From: a virus
DNA length: 64,000 bases
Strand: one strand, 5' to 3'
Virus record (IMG/VR): IMGVR_UViG_3300025913_000030
Location: 10,705 to 74,704 of that record
Made by a program: the position numbers and the translations under genes
Part shown: positions 18,190 through 28,282 of the stretch, one piece after another
Layout: every line of letters begins with the position of its first letter
Position numbering within the stretch: the first letter of the stretch is position 1
The notes under the pieces: model-generated
What the model was told of the DNA's origin: nothing
Seen by the model: the letters and a program-made list of their open reading frames with translations, nothing else
Databases searched by the model: none

Positions 18190-19448
18190 CCCAGTTCGGC
18201 ACGATCAGCCTCGGGCGCCTGCAGTTGGTCGAGTTCCCAACCCAGGTCGCCTCGATCGCGGCCGGCGCCCCGAGCAGCAACGCGCCGACCGGCCGCACAC
18301 TCGCCCTGGCCGGCCAGGAATCCACTCCGGCCGCCTCCACTGTCGGCACCACCACGGCCCAGTTGAGGGCCATGGAAGCCGACCTACACGGCCTGGCCAA
18401 CGCCCTGGTGCCCGTCATCTTCACCGACAAGGCCCAGCTCAACGGTTACTACATCGTCGCCGACGCCTCGGCCGACCTGCAGAACTGGGAGGGCGAAGCC
18501 GCCACCCTGGCGTGGAAGGCCGACCTCACGCGCCTGGGCACCGACTTCGAAGTCGACCTCGAATCGCGGCTGACCGGCGGTGTGCGCAACTCCTCGTTCG
18601 CAGCCTCGGCCAACGCCGTACGCTGGCACGCCCCCTCGCTCGGACACCAGGCCTACTACTCCGCGTCCGGCAACACCCCATCCGTGGTCGTGCGCACTGG
18701 GGCGGACGGCGCCATGAACGTCTACACCGGCCTCCCCCTGACCGGCAGCGTCATCCCCCGCTGGTTCTGCGCGGTCGGCAACTACCTCGGCGGCCGGGTG
18801 CGCTTCCTCGACGACAACGGCATCGAACGCAGCGGGATCCTGTTCGCCAACGGCAGCCCCTCGAGCTGGACCCTTTCCAACGCGCTGCTCCAGATCACGC
18901 CCCTGTCCTCGGGCGGCGTGCTGAACGTCGCCGGCTACTCGGGCGGCGCGTTCCAGGCCAAGAACTGGGACCTGCAGTTCGGCGGGACCTCGCTCGGCGT
19001 CCCGCTCGGAATCAGCCTGCTGCGCAACGAGCCGGAGATCGTCGTCGTCCGGCTGCTCTGGTCGGCCGCCGGGCCCAACCGCGTCACCGTTGACCTGACC
19101 CTGCGCCGCGGCAGCCGGTTCGTCGAGCTGTATCTGCAGAGCCAGGTCGCCGGAACCTTCAAGGTCGTGCGCTCCTCCGCGGAGGCTGGCACCAACGGCG
19201 CCAGTGGCGCGTACCTGACCGCCACCGTCAACGACGGCGCCGGCAACCGCTACTTCGTCGGCAGCGCGCTGACCAACACGCAGGACACCGTCAACGGCGG
19301 GATCTCGCTGGCCGCCACAACCGCGATGGACGTCGTGCTCGGCACGGTCATCGGCGGCAGCGGCGCCGTGACCGGAGACCAAGCCTCAGACCTCTACAAC
19401 CAGTACCTCGCCGCTCCTTCCGAGCTCGTCGCCGGCATCAGGCGGTAA
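18186..19448 (+). CDS. Minor tail protein (distal-tail-like)
   Basis: ATGA-coupled after tape measure; 420 aa. Confidence 0.72.
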   Translation: MTQFGTISLGRLQLVEFPTQVASIAAGAPSSNAPTGRTLALAGQESTPAASTVGTTTAQLRAMEADLHGLANALVPVIFTDKAQLNGYYIVADASADLQNWEGEAATLAWKADLTRLGTDFEVDLESRLTGGVRNSSFAASANAVRWHAPSLGHQAYYSASGNTPSVVVRTGADGAMNVYTGLPLTGSVIPRWFCAVGNYLGGRVRFLDDNGIERSGILFANGSPSSWTLSNALLQITPLSSGGVLNVAGYSGGAFQAKNWDLQFGGTSLGVPLGISLLRNEPEIVVVRLLWSAAGPNRVTVDLTLRRGSRFVELYLQSQVAGTFKVVRSSAEAGTNGASGAYLTATVNDGAGNRYFVGSALTNTQDTVNGGISLAATTAMDVVLGTVIGGSGAVTGDQASDLYNQYLAAPSELVAGIRR

Positions 19449-19450
19449 CC

Positions 19451-22303
19451 GTGCCGGTCACCGAATCGCTGATGGCTGTGGGCCAGTGGTCGCTCACGCT
19501 CTCCCCCGACACCCCGCGCTCGATCATCGACGCGCTGCAGTACTACCAGCACATCGCCATCTCCACCGGCCGCCCGGATCCGCGCGTTGCGGGCAACAGC
19601 CTGTTCACCTCGGCCCGGTACGCGGGCGTGGTCACGAGCCTGGACTTCCAGAGCCTCAAGCAGGGGCGCGGCCCGGTCATCTCCGGCGACGGCATGGCGA
19701 CCTGGCTGGGCACGCCGCAGGGCGTCGGCCCGGTGATCGAGAACAACACGCTGTTCACCACGGCCGGTATCTCCTCCGTCGTCAACGCCCTGCGCCCGTC
19801 CTGTGTTGGAGCCGGAACGCTTTACACCATCCCCGGCGTGGGCACCTACACGGGCGGCTTCGTCTGGAAGACACCGCGTGACGCGCTGACCTCCTTCGCC
19901 CAGCAGGTGACGCGGGGCCCGCTGCCCACCCAGATCGTCGAGTGGCGCGTCAACAACAACTGCACCCTGGACTTCGGGCCGGTCGCCAGTCTGTATCGCA
20001 CGACACCGGTCTGCGCCATCGTGTCCAAGGATTCCGGCGTCGACATGGCGGTGCGCGGTCTCGACGGTGTCGCGCAGCTGATCGAGGACGTCAAGGACTA
20101 CACGACCCGGGTCGTCGTGCTCGCCTCGGGCAGCGGCTCGTCGACCGCGGTCGGGGCGGCGAACGCCGCCGATGTCGGCGCGAGCAACCCCTACACCGAC
20201 TTCTTCGGCAACCCCGTCCAGATGACCCGCATGGTCTCGGCCAGCTCGGTGTCCTCGTACAACGCCACGGCCGCCGCCCAGGCCGCCCTCATCCCCTACA
20301 CCACGCCCGCCGACCAGGTACGCCTGTCCAGCTCCGAGTACGACATCAAGGGCGATCTGCAGGTCGGTGACTACGTCTGGCTCTACGACCCGGACGCCGG
20401 CTTCGTCGACTACGGCAACCAGCTGGTCTACCGCGGACAGCGGATCAATCCGACCAAGCAGCGCGTCATCGAGGCCACGTGGCCGATCGTGCAGGGGATG
20501 TCGGTCGCCTACCGGGACCAGTCAGGGGTCTGGCACGACCTGACCGACTACGTCGCCTGGGAGACAGGGGACACCAACCTGACGGTCGGCGGCTACAACC
20601 GCAACCTGGTGCCCACCAGTGAACCGGTCGGCCCGCGCCCGCAGCCGGACACCACGATCCCGGGCGTGCCCGCGTTCAACACGCCGTTCACCACCTCGAC
20701 ATACCTGTCCTCCTCCGACGGCTCGGTCAAGGCACAGATCCAGCTGACCTGGGCGACGCCGAACAACACCGACGGCACGACGATGACGGACCTGGATCAC
20801 TACGAGATCCAGTACCGTCCCGACCTTACGATCAGCTCGGTCAACCCGTCGTGGCAGGGCCTGAACTCCGGCGGCTACACCTGGGCGCAGTTGCAGTCCA
20901 CGGGCGCGCAGTGGAACCAGATCTTCCCGATCACGCAGACCGACTGGAAGGTCACCTTCGTCGCGGGCGCGGTCAACCAGCTGTTGATCCAGGAGCTGAC
21001 ACCCGGGGTCACCTACGACTTCCAGATCCGCGCGGTCGACACCGCCCAGCCCCCGAACCGCGGTGCGTGGTCGACGACCACGACCTTCCAGGCTGCCGTC
21101 GACACGCAGCCTCCGCCCACCCCGGACGCGCCGACCGTCGCCGCGAACATGGCCTCGGTCCAAGTGACCTGGGACTGCGGACGGGCCGACGGCGGCACCT
21201 ATAACCAGGCTTCCGACCTGCACCACATCGAGGTGCACGGCTCCTACGACCCGCTCTTCCAGCCGTCGAACGCGACGAAGCTCGGCAACCTGCCCGCGTC
21301 GGTCGCCAACATCACCGGGCAGATCCCGGTCGTCGGCTCGTTCACGATCCCGCCCGGCCAGCCGCCGGCCCAGAGCATGTTCATCAAGATCATCGCTGTG
21401 GACTCGACCGGCAACAAGTCCAACCCGTCCGCCTCGGCCGGGGCGAGCGCGATCCTCTGGTCCAACGCCTACATCTCTGACCTGAGCGTCAGCAAGCTGA
21501 CAGCAGGGACGATCACCGCCTCGGTCGTGGTCGGTGGCGTGATCGGTACCGCTCTATCCGGGCAGCGGGTCGTCATGGACTCCACCGGAGTGCACGCCTA
21601 TGACGCATCCGGGAGCAAGATCTTCGATGTCAGCAGCGCTTCTCCCATCCTGACACTGGGCCGCAATTCCGTGTCTGGAGCCTCTATCACTTTGGACACC
21701 AGCAAGAACTACCCCGTCATTACTATGAGTGACGGGGTCAACACCCCTGGAAACATCTCCTTCGCCGGCAACGCCAGTTACGGCACGGTCGGCATGGAGA
21801 TGAACGGCGGATCGTTCTTCGCCGAGAGCCCGATCTCTGCCGTGGGCAATATGCAGTTGGCGCTGGTCGGCGAGGGCGGGACGACGGGCCTGCAGTACGT
21901 GGACCGGGACACGGGACTGGCCGTGTCACTGTTCGAGCTGAAGTCGGACCAGACCCGCATGTTGCAGAGCGATCTGTCCGGCAACACTCTGTCCGCTTAC
22001 CGGGTAGGGCAGGACGCACACCACTACGGCACAGGGTTCTACTACAACAACTTCCTACTGGCAGGCACCGATCTCTTCGGCGCGGGCGAAGCAGCCGTGT
22101 CCGGGTTCTCCTCCGCCACCGTCAGCTACGGCGTGACCATGGCCAGCTTCGCTGCAGTCGTGCCCAGCGTGTTCGACTCGACAGGCGGCACCTCTACCCA
22201 GGGCGCGTACATCAGCTCCAGCTCCAGCACCTCGTTCACGGCGGCCTGGCACACCACCACCCCCAACCACTTCTGGTACTGGCTCATGAGGCTGGACGCA
22301 TGA
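19451..22303 (+). CDS. Minor tail/baseplate hub protein with FN3 domains
   Basis: LTPGVTYDFQIRAVD and IIAVDSTGNKSNPS FN3 signatures; KLTAGTITA repeat. Confidence 0.78.
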   Translation: MPVTESLMAVGQWSLTLSPDTPRSIIDALQYYQHIAISTGRPDPRVAGNSLFTSARYAGVVTSLDFQSLKQGRGPVISGDGMATWLGTPQGVGPVIENNTLFTTAGISSVVNALRPSCVGAGTLYTIPGVGTYTGGFVWKTPRDALTSFAQQVTRGPLPTQIVEWRVNNNCTLDFGPVASLYRTTPVCAIVSKDSGVDMAVRGLDGVAQLIEDVKDYTTRVVVLASGSGSSTAVGAANAADVGASNPYTDFFGNPVQMTRMVSASSVSSYNATAAAQAALIPYTTPADQVRLSSSEYDIKGDLQVGDYVWLYDPDAGFVDYGNQLVYRGQRINPTKQRVIEATWPIVQGMSVAYRDQSGVWHDLTDYVAWETGDTNLTVGGYNRNLVPTSEPVGPRPQPDTTIPGVPAFNTPFTTSTYLSSSDGSVKAQIQLTWATPNNTDGTTMTDLDHYEIQYRPDLTISSVNPSWQGLNSGGYTWAQLQSTGAQWNQIFPITQTDWKVTFVAGAVNQLLIQELTPGVTYDFQIRAVDTAQPPNRGAWSTTTTFQAAVDTQPPPTPDAPTVAANMASVQVTWDCGRADGGTYNQASDLHHIEVHGSYDPLFQPSNATKLGNLPASVANITGQIPVVGSFTIPPGQPPAQSMFIKIIAVDSTGNKSNPSASAGASAILWSNAYISDLSVSKLTAGTITASVVVGGVIGTALSGQRVVMDSTGVHAYDASGSKIFDVSSASPILTLGRNSVSGASITLDTSKNYPVITMSDGVNTPGNISFAGNASYGTVGMEMNGGSFFAESPISAVGNMQLALVGEGGTTGLQYVDRDTGLAVSLFELKSDQTRMLQSDLSGNTLSAYRVGQDAHHYGTGFYYNNFLLAGTDLFGAGEAAVSGFSSATVSYGVTMASFAAVVPSVFDSTGGTSTQGAYISSSSSTSFTAAWHTTTPNHFWYWLMRLDA

Positions 22304-22764
22304 TCAACATCAGGATCCTCATGGCGGATCAGGACCCCAGGACAGGGCACTGGCGCATCGGTCAGGAAGTGGACGACGGATCCGGAACGATCACCCGCCA
22401 CCTGCACCTGATCCCTCTGCACGCTTTCGTTCAGCACCCCGCCGAGTTCGGGCTCGACCCAGCAGACAGCCGCACCGTCCTGGACTGGCTGCTGCACGAA
22501 CGGTTCGTCCCGCGCCCGGATCCTCGCAACCCGGGCCCCTTCTGCCCGTATCGCAATCCGCCGGCCGCAGCGTGGGGCGCCCACCAGCGCGCCATCGCGC
22601 AGGTGAAGACCACCGTGACGATCACCGATCCGGACGGCCATCTGGAGAAGATCCACCAGGCCCACGATCCGCACCCGATCCGCGTCTGGGAAGCGCAAGA
22701 GCGGGCCGCCCGCGACCGAGCCCATGTCCAGCATTTCGAGAGAAGGCGTCGCAGCCATGGCTGA
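22300..22764 (+). CDS. Hypothetical tail-associated protein
   Basis: Coupled ORF, 154 aa. Confidence 0.6.
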   Translation: MINIRILMADQDPRTGHWRIGQEVDDGSGTITRHLHLIPLHAFVQHPAEFGLDPADSRTVLDWLLHERFVPRPDPRNPGPFCPYRNPPAAAWGAHQRAIAQVKTTVTITDPDGHLEKIHQAHDPHPIRVWEAQERAARDRAHVQHFERRRRSHG

Positions 22765-23857
22765 CTCAAATACACCGAACATCGGGCTGCTGATCGCCGA
22801 CACCGCCGACGTCGTCCAGTACCCGGCGCACATCGGCAATAACCTGACGACGATCGACGGCCTCATGGGCGCGGTCGACTGCACTTCCGTTACGCGGCCC
22901 ACGAACACGTACAAGGGCCAGATCATCTACGAGCACGACACCGGCCGCTACGTCCAGAACACCGGAACGAAGGCCGCGCCGGTCTGGTCGTACATGTCGC
23001 ATCAGGCGCTCGTGGAGAACAGCAGCGCTCTGCCGACCGGCGGCCTCACCGCCGGGGAGCTGATCTATCTCTCCGACCTCGGCGCGCTCGCCTACTACAG
23101 CGGGTCGGCGTGGCATTACTGCACCCTGATCGTCTGTTCGTCCACCACCCGGCCGACCGGCGCCGCTCTGCAGACCGGAACGTTCATCTACGAGACCGAT
23201 ACACAGACCCTGCTGGTGTGGACCGGTAGCGGCTGGGCGCACCGATCGTTCAACAACTTCGTCTGCACGAGCAGCACCCATCCTTCGTGGGCGTTCCAGG
23301 GCCTGGAGATCTACGAGACCGACACCGGACTGGCCGCCGTCTACAGCGGGTCGAACTACCTCTACGGGTTGCAGCAGCTCGCGCCGACACAGAGTGTCAG
23401 CGCCGCGGCCAATGTCACGTTCAGCGGACTGCCCGCGGTGAACCGCCTGCTCGTGGTCTGGCGGTTGCGCAGTTCCACGTCGGGAACTCCGCTCGGGTTG
23501 CAGATCGACGGCGACAGCACCAGCGGGCACTATATCTGGGCGAAGATGACGGCACGCGCCGCGGCGACCTCCGCGTCCGGGAACACCGGGGACGTCAACG
23601 CACAGATCGGCACCGTCGCAGGCAGCAGTACAGCCAACTACTTCAGCTCGGGCGAGACGTTTATCAACGGCTGGAACTCCACCAACGGCTACTGCAACAT
23701 GGATTCCGTCAGCAGCTGCTGGGACACCACCTCGTCCTACTGGATCGACAAGATGGGCAGCCTCTACGTCGGCACTGCCGCCGCGCACACTTCGCTGAAG
23801 ATCGCTCCCGGCAGCGGAACGCTGACAGGAGAAGTCACCGTCTATGGAGGGCCCTGA
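22757..23857 (+). CDS. Minor tail/fibre protein
   Basis: Repeated C-(T/S)-S-x-T-(R/H)-P..G..IYE-x-DT units. Confidence 0.7.
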   Translation: MADSNTPNIGLLIADTADVVQYPAHIGNNLTTIDGLMGAVDCTSVTRPTNTYKGQIIYEHDTGRYVQNTGTKAAPVWSYMSHQALVENSSALPTGGLTAGELIYLSDLGALAYYSGSAWHYCTLIVCSSTTRPTGAALQTGTFIYETDTQTLLVWTGSGWAHRSFNNFVCTSSTHPSWAFQGLEIYETDTGLAAVYSGSNYLYGLQQLAPTQSVSAAANVTFSGLPAVNRLLVVWRLRSSTSGTPLGLQIDGDSTSGHYIWAKMTARAAATSASGNTGDVNAQIGTVAGSSTANYFSSGETFINGWNSTNGYCNMDSVSSCWDTTSSYWIDKMGSLYVGTAAAHTSLKIAPGSGTLTGEVTVYGGP

Positions 23858-24093
23858 TGACTGAGGAGCAGCGACCGGTTCACGTGTCCTTTGACTGCTC
23901 AACCGGCGAGCGCGTCGACACGCCTCTCACAGACGAGGAATGGGAGGAGCACAAGGCCCGCGAATCGGCAGCGGAGGAGGAACACCTGCGCCGAACGCGG
24001 GACCGCGAGGCGGCCCTCGCCGTTGTCCAGACCAAGGCCGCGCAGGACCCCGCGTTCGCGGCCCTCGCAACTCTGACAGGAGTGACCCTTTGA
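23857..24093 (+). CDS. Putative tail fibre assembly protein
   Basis: FDCSTGERVDTPLTDEEW; follows fibre gene. Confidence 0.55.
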   Translation: MTEEQRPVHVSFDCSTGERVDTPLTDEEWEEHKARESAAEEEHLRRTRDREAALAVVQTKAAQDPAFAALATLTGVTL

Positions 24094-24428
24094 CCGTCCC
24101 CGACCAGAACCAGGAAATCGTCCCCTACGACGTCCTGCTGCCCCAACTGGAAACCGAGCTGCACGTCCGTGACAGCCAGATGACGATGCTCAAGGCCCGC
24201 ATCACCGTCCGCGACCGCAGGATTGCCCAGCACGAGCAGACGATCACGCAGCAGGCACAGATGATCGAACAGCAGGCCCGCGTGATCGAGGGACTGCGCG
24301 GGCACCTAGCGGCGACGCAGCGGCCGGAACAGCAGCTTGAACAAGCCGAGGTACAGCTCCCACCACCAGCCGATCAGCAGTCAGTACCAGAAGTAGGACC
24401 GCAAGGGTCTGCCGTAGCGTCGCCGTGA
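24090..24428 (+). CDS. Coiled-coil hypothetical protein
   Basis: TTG start after AGGAG, Gln-rich. Confidence 0.5.
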   Translation: MTVPDQNQEIVPYDVLLPQLETELHVRDSQMTMLKARITVRDRRIAQHEQTITQQAQMIEQQARVIEGLRGHLAATQRPEQQLEQAEVQLPPPADQQSVPEVGPQGSAVASP

Positions 24429-24435
24429 CACCGGA

Positions 24436-24828
24436 TCACGCCCTCGGCAGTTGATCGCCGTCGGTCGCCGTCAGCGTCCACTGACACGCCGTCGACACCA
24501 CCAGCCAGTGCCGGCCGGCAGCGTCGTGCGAGTACATCGTGCCGCTGCCGGCCGGTCCGCTGTCGTCGGCCAGCGCAACGCCGTTTTCGGCGTCACCCCG
24601 CTCGACTGCGCGGAAGCTGCCCGAGCCCGGGCACGCGAACGTGTAACGGAGCGACCAATCCGAACCGGTCGTGAACGTCGCCGTGGTCGTGTTGCCGCCC
24701 CCGGACGTCTGCAGCACGATGGACGTGCTCGCATGCGCCGGAGCACGGCCGGCCAGAGCCCATCCCGCCGCCCCGAGCGCGACAACCGCGCCCGCGAGGA
24801 CGCCGGCCCACCCCCTGTATCTCGTCAT
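24436..24828 (-). CDS. Secreted hypothetical protein
   Basis: Signal peptide MTRYRGWAGVLAGAVVALG...AHA; beta-rich mature part. Confidence 0.65.
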   Translation of the reverse strand: MTRYRGWAGVLAGAVVALGAAGWALAGRAPAHASTSIVLQTSGGGNTTTATFTTGSDWSLRYTFACPGSGSFRAVERGDAENGVALADDSGPAGSGTMYSHDAAGRHWLVVSTACQWTLTATDGDQLPRA

Positions 24829-24865
24829 GCACCCAGTGAAGGACTTCGTATGACGATGTGTCAAG

Positions 24866-25444
24866 TCACCAGCGTGCGGGGTCGCCTGACGTGTTGCCCT
24901 CCCAGTGGTTCCACAGGAAGGTCTGCGCGTCGACATGGCAGAACGAGGCGCCCGCGTCCAGCATCGCGAGCCAGCAGCCCCAGTCGTCGTACTGCGATCC
25001 GGCCGGCCTCTGGAAGCCGCCGGCCTCGCGCATGAGTTCCGTGCGGGCCAGAGCGCTGGTGTGGATGTACGAACGCTGGCGCAGGATGTCCGCGTCGAAC
25101 GGGAGCCCGTAACGGTGCTCCGGCCCGGTCGGCGGGCCGCCGAGCTGCGGGACGAACGGCGTCGAGTAGACGACGTCGGCACCTGACTGCGCCTGCGCCT
25201 GGAAGAGTGTGACCAGGTGGTTCGGCAGCATCGTGTCATCGTCGTCGAGGAAGGTGACCCAGTGCGTGTCCACCCTGGCCAGTGCGCGGTTCTTGGTCGC
25301 CGCGGCGCCGGTCCGCGTGAAGTCGAACTCGACCGTGATCGCGTCCGGCTGCATGTCCTGCAGCGCGACCGAGGCCAGGGCGCGGGCGAGCAGCCGGGCG
25401 CGCGGCGGGATGCTCGTGACGCAGACCGTGATGCCAGGCCTCAC
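24866..25444 (-). CDS. Glycosyltransferase family 2
   Basis: TSIPPRA, GAAATKNRAL, WVTFLDDDD. Confidence 0.85.
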   Translation of the reverse strand: MRPGITVCVTSIPPRARLLARALASVALQDMQPDAITVEFDFTRTGAAATKNRALARVDTHWVTFLDDDDTMLPNHLVTLFQAQAQSGADVVYSTPFVPQLGGPPTGPEHRYGLPFDADILRQRSYIHTSALARTELMREAGGFQRPAGSQYDDWGCWLAMLDAGASFCHVDAQTFLWNHWEGNTSGDPARW

Positions 25445-26022
25445 CAGCGGTCGCTCCGCCCCGAGGTGTTCGCGCCGTGGTGGTTCCACACCCAGGTACG
25501 GCACGGCACGTGCATCACGGTGGCGCCCTGGGCGAGGCAGCCGAGCAGGAACCGCCGGTCCTCCCCCATCACGTCCCCAGGCCGCAGCGGCGCGGCCGGA
25601 TCGGTGAACCCGACCGACTTCGCCAGCTCGGTCCGGACCATAATCGTGATCGTCGTGTCCTGCGGATTGGCGGGATCGAACGGCTTGCCGAAGTGGCCGA
25701 GCGGGTCCTGCTCGCTCAGCTTGCCGTTCTGCTCCAGGTAGAAGTACGAGTAGACGTAGTCGGCTCCCGAGTCCCACGCCGCGTCGCGGAGCACCTGCAG
25801 GTGCTCGGGCAAGAGGCGGTCATCGTCGTCGAGGAATGCGACCCAGTCCGTAACCACGAGGTCCAGTGCCCTCTGCCGTGTTCGTGCGGCTCCTTCGCGG
25901 TCGAAGTCGATGGCCGTGGCGATGCACTCAGGTTTCAGGGTCTGGTTTTCCGCCGACTCGCAGGCCTGACGGAAGAGTTGCCTGCGCGGTGGGATCGTGG
26001 GGATGGCCACCGTGATGTTCAC
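25441..26022 (-). CDS. Glycosyltransferase family 2 (paralogue)
   Basis: IPTIPPR, GAARTRQRAL, WVAFLDDDD, GED. Confidence 0.85.
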   Translation of the reverse strand: MNITVAIPTIPPRRQLFRQACESAENQTLKPECIATAIDFDREGAARTRQRALDLVVTDWVAFLDDDDRLLPEHLQVLRDAAWDSGADYVYSYFYLEQNGKLSEQDPLGHFGKPFDPANPQDTTITIMVRTELAKSVGFTDPAAPLRPGDVMGEDRRFLLGCLAQGATVMHVPCRTWVWNHHGANTSGRSDRW

Positions 26023-26945
26023 GACGCGACCACCCCGGTCCAGCGTGTCGAGCGCAGCGCCTGTTCGATGCCTTGTTCGAGCGAGATCCGCGGCTGGTAG
26101 ACCTTGCGCAGCTTGGTCGTGTCCGCCACCCGGTAGCGCACCCCGACCGGCTTGGCCGGCAGGTGCTCGATCTGCGGCCGGTAGCCTCCCCCGACCTTGT
26201 CGATTACCATCTCGGCGAGCTGGTTGAACGAAGTCGGCCGCCCGGTGCCGATGTTCAGCCGGCCCTGCACACCTTGTCCGAGCATGGCGAAGACCGCGCC
26301 GACGACATCGTCGATGTGCACGAAGTCGCGCACCTGCTCGCCGTCGCCCCAGATCTCGAACGGATCGGCGCGCCGCGCCGCGCGGGCGATGAACGAGGGG
26401 AAGGGATAGTCCAGCGGCTGGTCCTCGCCGTAACCGGAGAACGGGCGCACGACGAAGACCCGGTGGCCTTTCTCCTGGGCGTGCCTGACGAGCCGTTCGC
26501 CGGTCAGTTTCGCCCAGCCGTACGTGGCATCCGGCTCGCCGAAGAACTGGTCCACGGGCTCGGCCATGTCCTCGGACAGGTCGATGCGGTAGCCGCTGTT
26601 CTGGGTGGCGACAGGGTAGGCGGCCGAGCTGGAGAAGTAGATCGCGTCCGGGACGTTCGCGAGTTCCAGCCAGCGGAAGAAGATCGAGTCCAGGGCGAGG
26701 TTGGTCGCCACGGCGAGTGGCGAGCCGTCGATCTCCTCGCGTCCCTTGACGTGCGCTGCGCAGTGCACCGCGAGGTCGACCGTGCCGCGCACGTGCTCGC
26801 TGGTCCAGGCCGGGTTACGCAGGACGTCGAGCATGTCGTGACCATTGGCTAGGTCAATGCCATGAACCGTGTGACCTTGCCTGCGGAATTCGTCGGCCAT
26901 GTGCCGACCAACGAACCCGGCGTGACCGGTGATCAGGACTCTCAT
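26019..26945 (-). CDS. NAD-dependent sugar epimerase/dehydratase
   Basis: MRVLITGHAGFVG, FSSSAAY, YGWAK, GDGEQVRDFVHIDD. Confidence 0.92.
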   Translation of the reverse strand: MRVLITGHAGFVGRHMADEFRRQGHTVHGIDLANGHDMLDVLRNPAWTSEHVRGTVDLAVHCAAHVKGREEIDGSPLAVATNLALDSIFFRWLELANVPDAIYFSSSAAYPVATQNSGYRIDLSEDMAEPVDQFFGEPDATYGWAKLTGERLVRHAQEKGHRVFVVRPFSGYGEDQPLDYPFPSFIARAARRADPFEIWGDGEQVRDFVHIDDVVGAVFAMLGQGVQGRLNIGTGRPTSFNQLAEMVIDKVGGGYRPQIEHLPAKPVGVRYRVADTTKLRKVYQPRISLEQGIEQALRSTRWTGVVAS

Positions 26946-27559
26946 CCGCGTACTCCCGTCAGGATCTGGAACATCCCGCGCAGCTCCTGCCGGACCACCC
27001 GGTATCCGCCCTGCTCGAGCAACGCGCGGTAGCCATCCGGATCCCAGGCCCAGGTGTGAAATTCGTAGGCGCTGCCCGGACGCTCGGTCCACGGGGAGGA
27101 GGCGACCAGGACCCTGCTCTGGACGAGGGACTTGACGAACCAGTGCGGGTCGATCAGGTGCTCGAGCATCTCGGTGCACACGGAGATGTCCCCGAACCGG
27201 ATCGGATGCATCGGGCCGTCCGGCTCCAGACGGAGCCAGCCCTCGACGACGTCACCCAGCGAGACACTGACACCGCGCTCGTTGCGGGCCGCGTCCACGT
27301 TCGTCTGCTGAAGGTCGTACCCCCACGCCGCGAGGCTCGGGTCGAGGATCGAGAGCAGTCCACCGTCGCCGGCTCCGAGGTCGGAGACTGTGGTCAGGCC
27401 GTAAGCCTCGGCGGCGAAGTGCACCTGGGCGGCAGCCTCGATCAGCCGCTCTCGGTGCGCGCCCTGCTCCAGGTGCGGCGCGCGGTCGCGGCCCGCGTAC
27501 CAGGACGGCTTCGTGTACTCGGGGACGGTGCCCTCGGGGAAGAGACGCCACTCGCCCAT
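26942..27559 (-). CDS. Class I SAM-dependent methyltransferase
   Basis: DLGAGDG, CTEMLEHLIDP. Confidence 0.85.
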   Translation of the reverse strand: MGEWRLFPEGTVPEYTKPSWYAGRDRAPHLEQGAHRERLIEAAAQVHFAAEAYGLTTVSDLGAGDGGLLSILDPSLAAWGYDLQQTNVDAARNERGVSVSLGDVVEGWLRLEPDGPMHPIRFGDISVCTEMLEHLIDPHWFVKSLVQSRVLVASSPWTERPGSAYEFHTWAWDPDGYRALLEQGGYRVVRQELRGMFQILTGVRG

Positions 27560-28248
27560 CAGCACAGCCCCGCCGTGTGCAGCTTCTCCAGCGCGGCCGG
27601 CAGCCCGGCCCGCTTGAACTCCTCGAACACCGCGCCGTCGCTCGCGTACTGCTCGGCGCTGTTGACTTCGGCGTACCGCTCGTCCATCGGCGCCTTGCCC
27701 GCGGTGGGGTGCAGGTGCTCGATCACGACGTTGGGCAGGTAGCGCAGCCTCCCCATGCCCTCCCCGAGCGCCTTCCAGGCGTCGTCGAGGTAGAGGTGCA
27801 CCATCCCGGGCGGGCACATCCACCCGAGCGCGGCCGGGATGTTCGAGGTCATGAACACCGCCGTGGGGAGCCGTTCGTGCTGCAGCAGGTCGTCGCCGTA
27901 AACGATGGCCGCGCCCATCCCGTCGAGGACCTTGCAGACCATCTCGTCCCAGCGCGGCGTGCGCGGGCGGTGGTCGTCGCCCATGAACCCGATCGCGTCG
28001 TAATCGGGGAAGCTCTCGGCCAGCCAGTTGAGCGTCGGTCCGAGCCGGCGGCGCGGGCCGACCACGTTGCTCGCCCAGGTGCCGTTCCACACGTCCAGGG
28101 CCAGGTACTCGGGCAGGGCCGGATCGTCCTCGTCGAGGGCGACGAGTAGATCGGCGTACCAGGAGAAGGTCTCCTGCCAGCTCTCGGCGAGCTGTGCGAT
28201 GTTGCCGGGCCGTCCCCGGGACGGGACGAAGACCACCATGGGGGCCAA
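27559..28248 (-). CDS. Glycosyltransferase (GT-A fold)
   Basis: VPSRGRP, FMGDDH, HLYLDD, IEHLHP; RBS AGGAG. Confidence 0.8.
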   Translation of the reverse strand: MAPMVVFVPSRGRPGNIAQLAESWQETFSWYADLLVALDEDDPALPEYLALDVWNGTWASNVVGPRRRLGPTLNWLAESFPDYDAIGFMGDDHRPRTPRWDEMVCKVLDGMGAAIVYGDDLLQHERLPTAVFMTSNIPAALGWMCPPGMVHLYLDDAWKALGEGMGRLRYLPNVVIEHLHPTAGKAPMDERYAEVNSAEQYASDGAVFEEFKRAGLPAALEKLHTAGLC

Positions 28249-28282
28249 AGGGATACTCCTCGCGTATCGGGGCGAAGCGAGC